Below are positions 51,670 through 61,164 of a DNA stretch of 64,000 nt, in pieces (the stretch's first letter is position 1; every line of letters starts with the position of its first letter). The notes below the pieces were generated by a model, which saw only the letters and a program-made list of their open reading frames with translations, was not told the origin of the DNA and did not search any database. The DNA is from a virus, in the IMG/VR virus record IMGVR_UViG_3300023174_003623, positions 64,001 through 128,000 of that record. One strand, 5' to 3'. Both the position numbers and the translations under genes were made by a program.

Positions 51670-51758
51670 ATCTTATTAAAGACAATACAGCTTTGTCACT
51701 TTTGATCTTATTTAATGCTTGTTCATTGATAAGTTATTTTATGAGAACTGGCATTTAA
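51666..51758 (+). CDS. 30-aa hydrophobic peptide (not in ORF track)
   Basis: ATGA overlap with the hsp20 stop; MNLIKDNTALSLLILFNACSLISYFMRTGI; ends just before the terminator. Confidence 0.4.
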   Translation: MNLIKDNTALSLLILFNACSLISYFMRTGI

Positions 51759-51761
51759 TCT

Positions 51762-51795
51762 AAAAAAGGAAAGGGGAGATTTTGCTCCCCTTTTC
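51762..51795. terminator. Bidirectional terminator
   Basis: aaaggggag/ctcccctttt stem flanked by A- and T-runs, between convergent genes. Confidence 0.8.
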
Positions 51796-51796
51796 A

Positions 51797-52414
51797 TTAA
51801 ACTCCTAGGAGTTTAGCATATTCATAAGTGTGATTTTTGCGATCTTCTAACCCAATAGTGCCACCATTGATTTTTTTTGTCAATTCTGTAATTGCTATAA
51901 GATTGATGCCTTTATCGCAAATATCCCAAAGATTATTCTTATCAAAAAAGAACATAGCGGATTCAAAAGCAAGTTCACCAGAAACAATGTCTGGGTTTGA
52001 AAGTATATCTGGGCGTCCAAAAGCTTTAGCAAAAGCAGCATAATTTTCACGACCAGTTAATTGAATAGCACCGCGCCCTCTGTATTTCCAACCATCACCA
52101 GAAGATTCATCACTATTTCCCATACGATTACTGTATACTTTATTAGCAATCTTTTCTGGATTTCTGGCATAAGGAGTAGCAGCAGAAATATCAGGGAAAT
52201 ACTTATGAAAGATCTTGACAAGTCCGTCTGCACTATAGTTTAGATTTTCTGATAGAGTTTTGAAGTTGCCACTTTCATGAGCAGTTTGAGCAAAGAAATG
52301 AGCAGCACGAATTTTAGACATTTTATAATAATTTACTGCTGCTTTAAGAGTGTTTGCTCCCCATTCACCATCAGGAGTTACGCCAATTTTTGTTTGAAAA
52401 TGTTTTAAACTCAT
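51797..52414 (-). CDS. Endolysin, glycoside hydrolase family 19, with short peptidoglycan-binding N-terminus
   Basis: G.TPDG.WG..T; F.AQ..HES; ENLNYS; YRGRG.IQLTG..NY; T..INGG..GL.DR. Confidence 0.9.
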   Translation of the reverse strand: MSLKHFQTKIGVTPDGEWGANTLKAAVNYYKMSKIRAAHFFAQTAHESGNFKTLSENLNYSADGLVKIFHKYFPDISAATPYARNPEKIANKVYSNRMGNSDESSGDGWKYRGRGAIQLTGRENYAAFAKAFGRPDILSNPDIVSGELAFESAMFFFDKNNLWDICDKGINLIAITELTKKINGGTIGLEDRKNHTYEYAKLLGV

Positions 52415-52436
52415 ATGAAAATCCTTTAAATATTAT

Positions 52437-52465
52437 TTGACTTACTGTTAAAATAGTAGTATAAT
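52437..52465 (+). promoter_or_regulatory. Sigma70-type promoter of g43
   Basis: TTGACT-17nt-TATAAT. Confidence 0.75.
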
Positions 52466-52476
52466 ACAATATAAAA

Positions 52477-52484
52477 TATTTATA
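52477..52484 (-). promoter_or_regulatory. Late promoter of the endolysin
   Basis: tatttata on + reads TATAAATA on -, about 60 nt upstream of the lysin ATG. Confidence 0.65.
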
Positions 52485-52495
52485 TAGGAACAAAA

Positions 52496-55042
52496 ATGCA
52501 TTTTTATACTTCCGTGATTCAACGAGGCGATAATATTCTATACAGAGGATATGAAAACGGAAAGCTTGTACAGAAGAAGATTCGATATAAACCTTACCTT
52601 TTCGTAGAGTCTTCTAATCCTTCTAAGTATAAAACCCTTCAAGATGTGTCTGTCCACAAAATGGATTTTGATTCTATTGGTGATGCTAAAGAATTTGTAG
52701 AAACTCATGAGGGCGTTTCTAATTTTACTATTCATGGTCAAAGCCCTCGTTCATTTAATTATCTTTGGATTTATGACAATTATCCTACTGAAATTGCTAT
52801 TGATGTTGACTTGATTAAAGTTGTATACCTTGATATTGAGGTTGCTTCTGATGATGGGTTTCCTAAACCAGAATTTGCAGATAAAGAAGTTACTGCAATC
52901 GGTATGAAAATTAAGGATACTAAAATAGTACTTGGTTGTGGTAAGTATTCCGCGAACGATGATGTTAAGTATATTAAATGCCGTGATGAAGCCCACCTTC
53001 TAGACTCTTTTTTGAGGGTATGGAAAGAAATCAATCCTGATATTATTACGGGTTGGAATGTTGAATCATTTGACGTAATGTACCTCATCAATCGTATTAA
53101 TAAAATTCTTGGTGATAACGAGGCAAGGCGGCTTTCACCTTGGAATATTATTGTAGAGAAGAAAGTCAGTCACGGTAAAGCAAATGGACATTTTACTGCG
53201 TATGATATTTTAGGTATTGCTATTCTTGATTACCTTCAGCTTTACAAGAAATTTACTTATAGTAATCAAGAATCTTATAAGCTCGACCATATTGCCATGG
53301 TTGAACTTGGTGAGAAAAAACTTGATTATTCTGAGTATGGTAATCTATATGAGTTGTATCGAAATAATTATCAAATGTTCATCGATTACAATATCAAGGA
53401 CGTAGAGCTTGTAGAACGTTTAGAGGATAAACTTAAACTTATTGAACTTGTTTTTGCAATGGCTTACAGTGCCAAAGTAAACTATGTGGATACTTTTGGT
53501 GTTGTAAAGCTTTGGGATATTGTCAGCCATAACTTCTTGTTAGATCGCAACATTGTAGTGACACCAAAGGAAAGCATCCCTGATATTCCGTATGCGATGT
53601 TGAATTCACCAGAGAATCTTATGAATGATTCTATTGAAGAAGGATCATTTACTGGTGCGTATGTTAAGGTGCCACAAGTAGGAATGCACGAGTGGGTTTG
53701 TTCATTCGATTTGAACAGCCTATATCCACACCTTATCATGCAGTACAACATTTCACCAGAGACTTATGTCGAACAGGTTCCCGGTCAAAAGAATGTAGAT
53801 ACTTTCCTTCAAGGGGATGCTGATAATTGGAATACAGACCTAATCAAAACTGCGAATCGTTGTTTGTTTCGACGGGATAAACAAGGATTTCTTCCTGAAT
53901 TGATGGAATTGTATTACAACAAACGAACCATCTATAAGAAGAAGATGATCGAACTTCAGAAAGAATATCAAAAGAATAAGTCTTATGAGCTAGAAAAGGA
54001 GATTGCTCGATACAACAATCTTCAGATGGCTTTTAAGATTATGTTGAATTCGGCGTATGGTGCTCTTGGCAATTCACATTTTAGATATTACCAGATTGCC
54101 CTTGCCGAATGTATTACTCTTTCAGGTCAGGTTGCGATTCGTTGGATTGAGAATGAAATGAATAGATATCTGAACAAGTTATTGAAAACGGATAAGGATT
54201 ATATTATTGCCTCAGACACAGATTCAATTTATATCAATTTTAGTGAACTTGTAGATAAAGCGTTTGAAGGTAAAAAGAAAGATATCACAAAAGTTATTAA
54301 TTATCTGAATAGAGTATGCGAAGAAAAACTTGAGCCTTTTATTGACGAGTGTTATAGGCATCTTGCAGTGTATACTAATGCGTATGCTCAGAAGATGAAA
54401 ATGAAGCGAGAGTCTATTGCCGACAAAGGTATCTGGACTGCCAAAAAGCGATACATTTTAAACGTATATGACTCAGAAGGTGTACGATATGCTGAACCCA
54501 AACTTAAGATGATGGGTATTGAAGCTATTAAATCATCTACTCCTTTGGCCTGTCGAGAGTCTATCAAAAATGCTTTAAAGATTATGATGACTCAAGACAA
54601 TCAAGTACTTATTGAGTTTGTCAAGGATTTTCGTGAGAAATTTTCTAAGATGACTTTTGAAGAAATTGCCTTTCCTCGTGGATGTAATAATCTAGCCAAA
54701 TATTCTAACGATGATTTAGTATATTCTAAGGGAACACCCATTCATGTTAAGGGTGCATTGTGGTATAATCTTCTAATAAAGAAGAAGAATTTGGCAAAAC
54801 GCTATCCTTACATTTCTGAGGGTGAGAAGATTAAGTTTTGTTATTTGATGCCGAATAAATACGGAATAACGGTTATTTCATCTCCAGCGGAATTACCTAA
54901 AGAATTAGATATTGAGCAGTTTATTGATTATGATACTCAGTTTGATAAGGCATTCATTGAACCTTTAAATGCAATTGCTGAAAAGATTAACTGGACAACA
55001 AAAGAAAACACTGCTACTACGCTGGACGACTTTTTTTTATGA
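52496..55042 (+). CDS. g43: Family B DNA polymerase gp43
   Basis: LDIE, GWN...FD, YN..DV exonuclease motifs; DLNSLYP, K...NS.YG, SDTDS, KKRY. Confidence 0.97.
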   Translation: MHFYTSVIQRGDNILYRGYENGKLVQKKIRYKPYLFVESSNPSKYKTLQDVSVHKMDFDSIGDAKEFVETHEGVSNFTIHGQSPRSFNYLWIYDNYPTEIAIDVDLIKVVYLDIEVASDDGFPKPEFADKEVTAIGMKIKDTKIVLGCGKYSANDDVKYIKCRDEAHLLDSFLRVWKEINPDIITGWNVESFDVMYLINRINKILGDNEARRLSPWNIIVEKKVSHGKANGHFTAYDILGIAILDYLQLYKKFTYSNQESYKLDHIAMVELGEKKLDYSEYGNLYELYRNNYQMFIDYNIKDVELVERLEDKLKLIELVFAMAYSAKVNYVDTFGVVKLWDIVSHNFLLDRNIVVTPKESIPDIPYAMLNSPENLMNDSIEEGSFTGAYVKVPQVGMHEWVCSFDLNSLYPHLIMQYNISPETYVEQVPGQKNVDTFLQGDADNWNTDLIKTANRCLFRRDKQGFLPELMELYYNKRTIYKKKMIELQKEYQKNKSYELEKEIARYNNLQMAFKIMLNSAYGALGNSHFRYYQIALAECITLSGQVAIRWIENEMNRYLNKLLKTDKDYIIASDTDSIYINFSELVDKAFEGKKKDITKVINYLNRVCEEKLEPFIDECYRHLAVYTNAYAQKMKMKRESIADKGIWTAKKRYILNVYDSEGVRYAEPKLKMMGIEAIKSSTPLACRESIKNALKIMMTQDNQVLIEFVKDFREKFSKMTFEEIAFPRGCNNLAKYSNDDLVYSKGTPIHVKGALWYNLLIKKKNLAKRYPYISEGEKIKFCYLMPNKYGITVISSPAELPKELDIEQFIDYDTQFDKAFIEPLNAIAEKINWTTKENTATTLDDFFL

Positions 55043-55059
55043 ACAATTTGAGGTAAAAT

Positions 55060-55980
55060 ATGTCATTTTTCAAAAATCTTGTAGAAAGTATAAAAGATGA
55101 AGACACTAATATCGTTGCTGATGGTCAAGGTTCTTCAGAATTTAGTGGATTTATTGATACTGGGTCTTATATTCTCAATGCAGTTGTTAGTGGTAGTATT
55201 TTTGGTGGTGTCCCAAATAATAAGATTACTGCTTTTGCTGGTGAATCTGCTACCGGAAAAACTTTCTTTGTGCTTGGGATTGTCAAAGCCTTCTTAGATG
55301 CAAATCCTACCGCTGGTGTTATGTATTATGATACTGAGGCTGCTGTTACCAAACAGATGATGGAGTCTCGCGGAATTGATACTAAGCGAGTAATTGTTGC
55401 TGAACCAGATACTATTCAGAAGTTTAGAACTCATGCCCTTAAGACGCTTGACTATTATGAAAAGGGTGGTGCAGACCGTCCTCCGTTTATGATGGTGCTT
55501 GATTCATTGGGTCTTCTATCTACCACAAAAGAAATGGAAGATACTGCTGAAGGTAAAGAGACTCGTGACATGACTAAATCCCAAACTATTAAGGCTGCAT
55601 TTCGAGTGTTGACTTTGAAGTTAGCAAAGGTCAAGGTTCCGCTTATTGTAACCAATCACGTTTATGATATCGTTGGCGCATATGTTCCCACCAAAGAAAT
55701 TTCTGGTGGATGTTTGGTTGCAGGCACTAACGTCTTAACGCGCAGAGGGTTTGTTAGCATAGAAAATATTAGTACTAACGATTTAGTGATGACTAAAGAA
55801 GGTGAATTTAAAAACGTATTAGAATGTCACACTTTTGATGATAAAGAACTATTGCAAATCCATTTAGAAGATGGGTCAAGTGTAACGTGTACACCAGAGC
55901 ACAAATTTTTTATTAACAATCAATGGGTTGAAGCAAAAAACATTATTATAGGTGATGATCTGCAAACATTACAAAAATAG
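55060..55980 (+). CDS. uvsX: UvsX recombinase N-extein (217 aa) fused to split-intein N half (89 aa)
   Basis: GESATGKT Walker A, YDTE, VLDSLG, TNH.Y...KEISGG, followed by intein block A CLVAGT.V.T and block B TCTPEHKF. Confidence 0.93.
   Translation: MSFFKNLVESIKDEDTNIVADGQGSSEFSGFIDTGSYILNAVVSGSIFGGVPNNKITAFAGESATGKTFFVLGIVKAFLDANPTAGVMYYDTEAAVTKQMMESRGIDTKRVIVAEPDTIQKFRTHALKTLDYYEKGGADRPPFMMVLDSLGLLSTTKEMEDTAEGKETRDMTKSQTIKAAFRVLTLKLAKVKVPLIVTNHVYDIVGAYVPTKEISGGCLVAGTNVLTRRGFVSIENISTNDLVMTKEGEFKNVLECHTFDDKELLQIHLEDGSSVTCTPEHKFFINNQWVEAKNIIIGDDLQTLQK
55711..55977 (+). mobile_element. Split intein N-terminal half (IntN)
   Basis: Cys1 codon at 55711; TPEH block B; WVEAKNI..GD; stop at 55978. 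Confidence 0.9.
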
Positions 55981-56004
55981 GTAGTGGTTTAAAGTATAAA
56001 TTAA

Positions 56005-56045
56005 TAAATACATGTATGACGTTTAGGAGGTCTTGCATGTATTTA
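56005..56045 (+). promoter_or_regulatory. Hairpin sequestering the RBS/start of the HNH gene, overlapping a late-promoter-like AATAAATA
   Basis: taaatacatg pairs perfectly with catgtattta; AGGAGG and ATG 56037 are enclosed. Confidence 0.7.
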
Positions 56046-56711
56046 AATAACAAATATACAAATTGGTATATGAAATTGATGAATTCTAGAAAACAATTAC
56101 CTAGAAAAAGAAAAGACGGTAATTGTTATGAATCTCATCATATTTTACCTAAAAGTTTAGGCGGCAGTAATCATAAATCTAATTTAGTATTATTAACTCC
56201 AAGAGAACATTTTATAGCCCATTGTTTATTAATAAGAATGACCTATGGCGCACAAAAACGAAGTATGACATATGCATTGGTGCGGTTTTTAGGTAAAAAT
56301 ATCGATAATCAACGGTATAAAATAACTTCTAGAATATATGAAAATATCATAAAAAATAATCGAATTTTTACTTTAGGTAAAAATAATCCCATGTATGGCA
56401 AACCTTGTTGGCATACAATGACAGAAGAAGAAAAAAGTGAATGGAAAACTAATATTAGTAAAGGGATGATGGGAGAAAAAAATCCATTTTATGGTAAAAC
56501 ACACAATCAAGAAACTCGAAATATTATATCACAAATCCGTTCTCAACCAATTTTAGTTAAATTCAATAATGGTTCAGAAATAACATTTACTCAATATAAA
56601 TTTTTAGGTACTTACATTGGTAAATCTGAAGCATTAGGACAGAAATTATGCAAACCTCAACACAATAATTTATTGGCAAAATATGGAATAAAGGAAATTA
56701 TAAAATTATGA
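56037..56711 (+). mobile_element. Free-standing HNH homing endonuclease (MobE-like) with NUMOD3 motifs
   Basis: ESHHILPKSLGG.N..SNLV.LTPREHFIAH.LL; GKNNPMYGK and GEKNPFYGKTH; start set after AGGAGG. Confidence 0.88.
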
Positions 56712-56812
56712 AAGTAGTTAATATTAAATCTGTAGGAACAGGAAAAGTATATGACATTACAGTTGATGAGCATGAAAATTATATTCTTGAAAATGGATTG
56801 ATAACTCACAAT
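56708..56812 (+). mobile_element. Split intein C-terminal half (IntC)
   Basis: Ends His-Asn at 56807-56812; Ser+1 at 56813. Confidence 0.9.
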
Positions 56813-57226
56813 TCAGGGCTTAAATATGCTGCGTCTACTATCGCCATGCTTTCTAAGAAGAAAGATAAAGATGGTAACAACGATGTGGTTGGTAACATCA
56901 TCAAAGTCAAGATGCACAAATCTAGGTTATCGAAAGAGAATGGTCAGGTTGAAGTTCGCTTATCATATGATAAAGGTCTTGATAAGTATTATGGTTTGCT
57001 TGATTTAGCTGAAAAGTATGGTATAATCAAGAAGGTCACTACTCGATACGAGATGCCTAACGGAACTAGGCTTTTTGGAAAGGAAATTCTATCCAATCCA
57101 GAAAAGTATTTCGATGATGAAATGCTTCTTCGTCTAGAAGAGTGTGCCAAAAAAGAATTTAGTTATGGTGGTCAAGGAGAAATTGATGACAATCGAGAAG
57201 ACGATTCTATCGAATCTGGTGTTTAA
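56708..57226 (+). CDS. uvsX: Split-intein C half (35 aa) fused to UvsX C-extein (137 aa)
   Basis: Block F VYDITV...NY, block G LITHN|S, then [18 protein letters not shown]...VGNII.....KSRL.KE of UvsX. Confidence 0.93.
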   Translation: MKVVNIKSVGTGKVYDITVDEHENYILENGLITHNSGLKYAASTIAMLSKKKDKDGNNDVVGNIIKVKMHKSRLSKENGQVEVRLSYDKGLDKYYGLLDLAEKYGIIKKVTTRYEMPNGTRLFGKEILSNPEKYFDDEMLLRLEECAKKEFSYGGQGEIDDNREDDSIESGV

Positions 57227-58565
57227 TGAACAATATGCTCGTAAAACAATACCCTTTCTCAAAGAAGAATATTTCAAAGATAATACAGAAAAACGACTTT
57301 TTAGACTACTTGATGAATATGTGAAGAAGTACAATGCCTTTCCTTCAAAGGAGGCATTGACAATTGATTCATCAGCTATGGCTGACCATACTGAACAATC
57401 ATTTAAAGAAACACAGGAATATATCGAAGCATTAATTTTTGATTCCTCTACAAAGGAAGAATGGTTGTTAGATCAGACCGAGAAGTTTTGTCAAGACCAA
57501 GCTTTGTTCAATGCAATTTCTAAATCTATTCAACTTATGAATAGTGACAATTCAGGTATTTCTAAAGGATCTATTCCTCAGATTTTGGCAGATGCTTTGG
57601 CAGTATCTTTCGATACACACATTGGTCACAGTTTCCTTGATGACTGGGAGACTCGATTTAATTCCTATCATTTGAAAGAGTCTAAGATTCCTTTTGATTT
57701 GGAATATTTTAATAAAATTACTCAGGGCGGTCTTTCTCCTAAGACATTGAACATTTGCTTGGCTGGTACTGGTGTTGGTAAGTCAATGTTTATGTGTCAC
57801 TGTGCTACCGGTAATCTGATGGCAGGGTATAATGTTTTGTATATCACCCTTGAAATGTCTGAAGAAAAGATTGCTGAACGTATTGATGCAAACACTCTTA
57901 ACGTCACAATCGATGAGTTGTCTTCTCTCTCTAAAGATGTTTATGAAAAGAAGATTAACAAAGCTCGTGAGAAAACTGTAGGTAAACTCATTATTAAAGA
58001 ATATCCTACGGCATCTGCTAGTGCTTCTAATTTTCGTTATTTACTGAATGAACTTAAGATTAAGAGAAATTTTGTACCTGATATTGTATACATTGATTAC
58101 TTAAACATTTGTGCATCTTCTCGTTTAAAGACAGGAACAAACTTCAATTCATACACTTACATCAAAGCAATTGCAGAAGAGCTTCGTGGACTTGCTGTTG
58201 AGTTTAACGTACCAATCATTAGTGCGACTCAGACAAATCGCGGAGGTTTTGGAAACTCTGACGTAGAACTTACAGATACTTCGGAATCGTTTGGTCTTCC
58301 TGCTACGGCTGACTTTATGTTTGCAATCATCACTAGCGAACAGCTTAACACATTGAATCAATTAATGGTCAAGCAATTGAAGAACCGTTATAGTGACCCA
58401 AATATGTATAGAAAGTTTGTCATAGGGGTTGACAGGTCTAAGATGAGATTGTATAATCTTGAGGAACGAGCACAGGATAACATTATTGATGGTGCTCAAC
58501 CTTCAATGACAGTTTCCCCTGTCAAAAAAAAATTTGACAAACCCTCATTTCAGGACTTTACTTAA
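57186..58565 (+). CDS. g41: Replicative helicase gp41
   Basis: [43 protein letters not shown]; start set after GGAG. Confidence 0.95.
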   Translation: MTIEKTILSNLVFNEQYARKTIPFLKEEYFKDNTEKRLFRLLDEYVKKYNAFPSKEALTIDSSAMADHTEQSFKETQEYIEALIFDSSTKEEWLLDQTEKFCQDQALFNAISKSIQLMNSDNSGISKGSIPQILADALAVSFDTHIGHSFLDDWETRFNSYHLKESKIPFDLEYFNKITQGGLSPKTLNICLAGTGVGKSMFMCHCATGNLMAGYNVLYITLEMSEEKIAERIDANTLNVTIDELSSLSKDVYEKKINKAREKTVGKLIIKEYPTASASASNFRYLLNELKIKRNFVPDIVYIDYLNICASSRLKTGTNFNSYTYIKAIAEELRGLAVEFNVPIISATQTNRGGFGNSDVELTDTSESFGLPATADFMFAIITSEQLNTLNQLMVKQLKNRYSDPNMYRKFVIGVDRSKMRLYNLEERAQDNIIDGAQPSMTVSPVKKKFDKPSFQDFT

Positions 58566-59146
58566 TGAATATCTTTTTCTTGTCACATGACCCGAATCAA
58601 TGTGCTGAGTATCACTGTGATAAACATGTGGTCAAGATGATTCTTGAATATGCACAACTATTATCAACCGCTCATCGTATTCTTGATGGTCAAGAATATG
58701 TTGACAACAGTTCTGGGCGTAAAATCAAACGTTGGAAGTTAAATGATGGGCGAGAAGATATGTTGTATAAAGCTACACATATCAACCATCCTTCAGCAGT
58801 TTGGGCTAGGCAAGGAAAAGCTAATTATTCATGGCTTTATGCATTGTGGGTAAGTTGCCTTAATGAATATACTCATCGATATGGTAAAGAACATGCTTGC
58901 GAAAAACTTAGATTTGTTCTTGTCAACTGTCCTAAAAATCTAAAAGATAATGACTGGTCAGATCCACCGCAAGCAATGCCTGACGAATGCAAAACAAGTG
59001 ATGTTGTAAATGCATATCGTCAATACTACATTATGAAAAAGAATGGATTTGCTCGATGGACTAACCGAGAGATTCCAAAGTGGTATTCACACGGAATTTT
59101 ATCTTTACTTACAATCGAATCACAAGCGATGGGTCTATATGATTGA
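58565..59146 (+). CDS. Pyrimidine-dimer DNA glycosylase-like (DenV-related) protein
   Basis: MNIF.L..DP...A..HCDKHVVKM..E.AQLLSTAH, H.NHP..VW, YR.YY family. Confidence 0.6.
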   Translation: MNIFFLSHDPNQCAEYHCDKHVVKMILEYAQLLSTAHRILDGQEYVDNSSGRKIKRWKLNDGREDMLYKATHINHPSAVWARQGKANYSWLYALWVSCLNEYTHRYGKEHACEKLRFVLVNCPKNLKDNDWSDPPQAMPDECKTSDVVNAYRQYYIMKKNGFARWTNREIPKWYSHGILSLLTIESQAMGLYD

Positions 59147-59588
59147 TATAGAAATAAATGGCATTCGTTCAAATAAGAAAAAGATGAGTCTCTTTACCGA
59201 GGCTCTGAATTTTTATATGAGCAAATTGTTTAATAAAGATCCAAAAATTGAAGTTGAACTTAATTTCATTAAAAATTTAGATGCCCATGGCTATTGTATT
59301 GTAGAAAGTTCTCATTATCCAAAATTTTTTGTGATAGAACTAAATAAAAGCATAGATGAAGAACATCAACTCAGAGCACTTGCACATGAATCTGTGCATT
59401 GTATGCAATATCGTAAAAACCATCTTCAAAATAAAAAAGATGGTGTTTATTGGAAAGGTGTTTGGTTTGAGTCGATGGAAAAAAATGAAATGTATTTCAC
59501 AGCACCTTGGGAAGTGCAAGCATATGAATTAGAAGAAACACTTTACAATGATTTTATGTTACATTATATTGCAATAAATAGTAAATAA
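59139..59588 (+). CDS. Zincin-like metallopeptidase
   Basis: LAHESVH.MQY (HExxH) and PWEVQAY. Confidence 0.7.
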   Translation: MIDIEINGIRSNKKKMSLFTEALNFYMSKLFNKDPKIEVELNFIKNLDAHGYCIVESSHYPKFFVIELNKSIDEEHQLRALAHESVHCMQYRKNHLQNKKDGVYWKGVWFESMEKNEMYFTAPWEVQAYELEETLYNDFMLHYIAINSK

Positions 59589-59595
59589 AGAATAT

Positions 59596-59668
<73 letters not shown>

Positions 59669-59697
59669 CCTTGAGAGTCTTCGTCAAGACTCGACCT

Positions 59698-59705
59698 TAT
59701 AAATA
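59698..59705 (+). promoter_or_regulatory. Late promoter of the GIY-YIG gene
   Basis: TATAAATA followed by AGGAGG. Confidence 0.7.
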
Positions 59706-59721
59706 AGTGTAGGAGGCTTTT

Positions 59722-60282
59722 ATGCACTACACAATTTATAAGATTACAAATAAGATTAACGGCAAGGTCTACATAGGATCACATAAGACCAAAAATCTTG
59801 ATGACGGGTACATGGGTTCAGGAAAGTATCTTAAACGAGCCATAGAAAAAAATGGAATAGAGAATTTTGAGAAAGAAATTCTTTTCGTTTATGATAACCC
59901 TGAAACCATGTATCAAAAAGAAGGCGAACTTGTTAACGAAGATTTTCTCGCTACAGAAAACACTTACAACTTAAAAGTTGGTGGTTATGGCGGATTTGAT
60001 TATATTAACAGCAATAAATTAAACGTCTACGAAAATGCCGGTAAAATCGGGTATGGTGGAGAAAATTTATTAAGAAGCCATACAGAAGAAACGAAAAAGA
60101 AAATAAGCGAGAAAAATAAAATCTCCCAAAAAGGAGAAAAAAATTCTCAATATGGAACTAAATGGGTTCATAATCCTTTGACTAAAAAATCAAAAAAGAT
60201 AAAGGGCGAACTTGAAGAAGGTTGGCTGTTAGGTAAATATAAATTACCTAAATCAAAAGTAATTTCTATCCGTGTGGTGTAA
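59722..60282 (+). mobile_element. Free-standing GIY-YIG homing endonuclease (SegB-like context)
   Basis: TIYKITNKINGKVYIGSH..DDGYMGSG..L..AI; YNL..GG.GG; HTEETKKKIS; lies between two tRNAs. Confidence 0.9.
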
Positions 60283-60341
60283 CGGCAGCACAACTGTCTC
60301 CAAAATAGTTAGTTGAGGTTCAAATCCTTACACGGATGCCA
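60268..60341 (+). tRNA. tRNA-Trp(CCA)
   Basis: Acceptor ATCCGTG/CACGGAT+G+CCA; anticodon arm ACTGT-CTCCAAA-ATAGT; T arm TGAGG-TTCAAAT-CCTTA. Confidence 0.9.
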
Positions 60342-60345
60342 AATT

Positions 60346-60618
60346 ATGAAAAACATTTTACGATGGATAAAACATGATTTCAATTCAAATCCTTTTAGGT
60401 TTGTTATTGAGTGTCTCGCTTGGTGTGGCAGTATCGGAAGTGCTATTGGAATGGCGCTTACCGTTCCTAATCCTCCCCTTATGGTGTTTTATCCTATATG
60501 GATTACTAGTTGCGGTATGTACGCTTGGTCTGCTTTTACTCGCAGGTCATTCAGTATGCTCTTAAATTATGTACTTCTAATGACGATTGATTCGATTGCA
60601 CTTTATAGAATGTTATAA
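60346..60618 (+). CDS. Small membrane protein (about 3 TM)
   Basis: Three hydrophobic segments; start moved downstream of the tRNA. Confidence 0.6.
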   Translation: MKNILRWIKHDFNSNPFRFVIECLAWCGSIGSAIGMALTVPNPPLMVFYPIWITSCGMYAWSAFTRRSFSMLLNYVLLMTIDSIALYRML

Positions 60619-60653
60619 ATATCATTTCTATCAACCAGCTTAAACAGTAGGAG

Positions 60654-60839
60654 ATGTCTATGTATAAGCAAGTAAACTATTATGAAGTTGATAATTTCAA
60701 TACACTTGAAATATTGTATCAACAATTACACGATCAATATAAAAATGTCGAAAAACGTTTAATTAAAACACTCGACGAAAACATGACTCTTAAATCGTTA
60801 TATTCAGAAAATAAAAATCTACATCCTTTTATCGACTAA
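60654..60839 (+). CDS. Hypothetical protein
   Basis: TATAAATA at 60614 and AGGAG upstream. Confidence 0.55.
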   Translation: MSMYKQVNYYEVDNFNTLEILYQQLHDQYKNVEKRLIKTLDENMTLKSLYSENKNLHPFID

Positions 60840-61156
60840 TGAAAACATGTCCTAAATGTGGCAAGGATCATGAGCGAAACGGAAAATTTTGCTCATCCTC
60901 TTGTGCTAATAGTAGGACATGGACTGAAGAAGATAAGAAAAAAAAATCTGATTCTTATAAAAAATTTTATAAGACTGAAGAAGGTGAACTAAATAAATGG
61001 ATAAAGGGGAAAAGGAATTCCAAAGATGGATTTCTTCCCATGGATTCGATAGAAGTCTTAGAAAAAGTAGAAGATGATTATATAATTCCATATAATTTTG
61101 AAGAAGATACTTCAAGATTTGTTTCAGGTGGAGATGTGTGGTTCGTTGATGAATGA
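60839..61156 (+). CDS. Zn-finger hypothetical protein
   Basis: CPKCG...FCSSSC followed by TEEDKKKKS. Confidence 0.6.
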   Translation: MKTCPKCGKDHERNGKFCSSSCANSRTWTEEDKKKKSDSYKKFYKTEEGELNKWIKGKRNSKDGFLPMDSIEVLEKVEDDYIIPYNFEEDTSRFVSGGDVWFVDE

Positions 61157-61164
61157 GGTGCAAC

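Noticed and set aside
24603-55042. Inteins or introns in terminase, portal, capsid, uvsW or polymerase
   Set aside because: All have normal lengths and continuous motifs, with no C1...HN-S/C/T signatures.
55978-56707. Group I intron or stop-codon readthrough joining the uvsX halves
   Set aside because: No group I core elements or room for them are visible, the halves are in different frames, and IntC has its own ATG. TAG is a normal stop in other genes here (g8, g13, gp44-g62 region neighbours).
60313-60345. ORF-track start of the membrane protein at 60313
   Set aside because: It lies within tRNA-Trp; ATG 60346 is more plausible.
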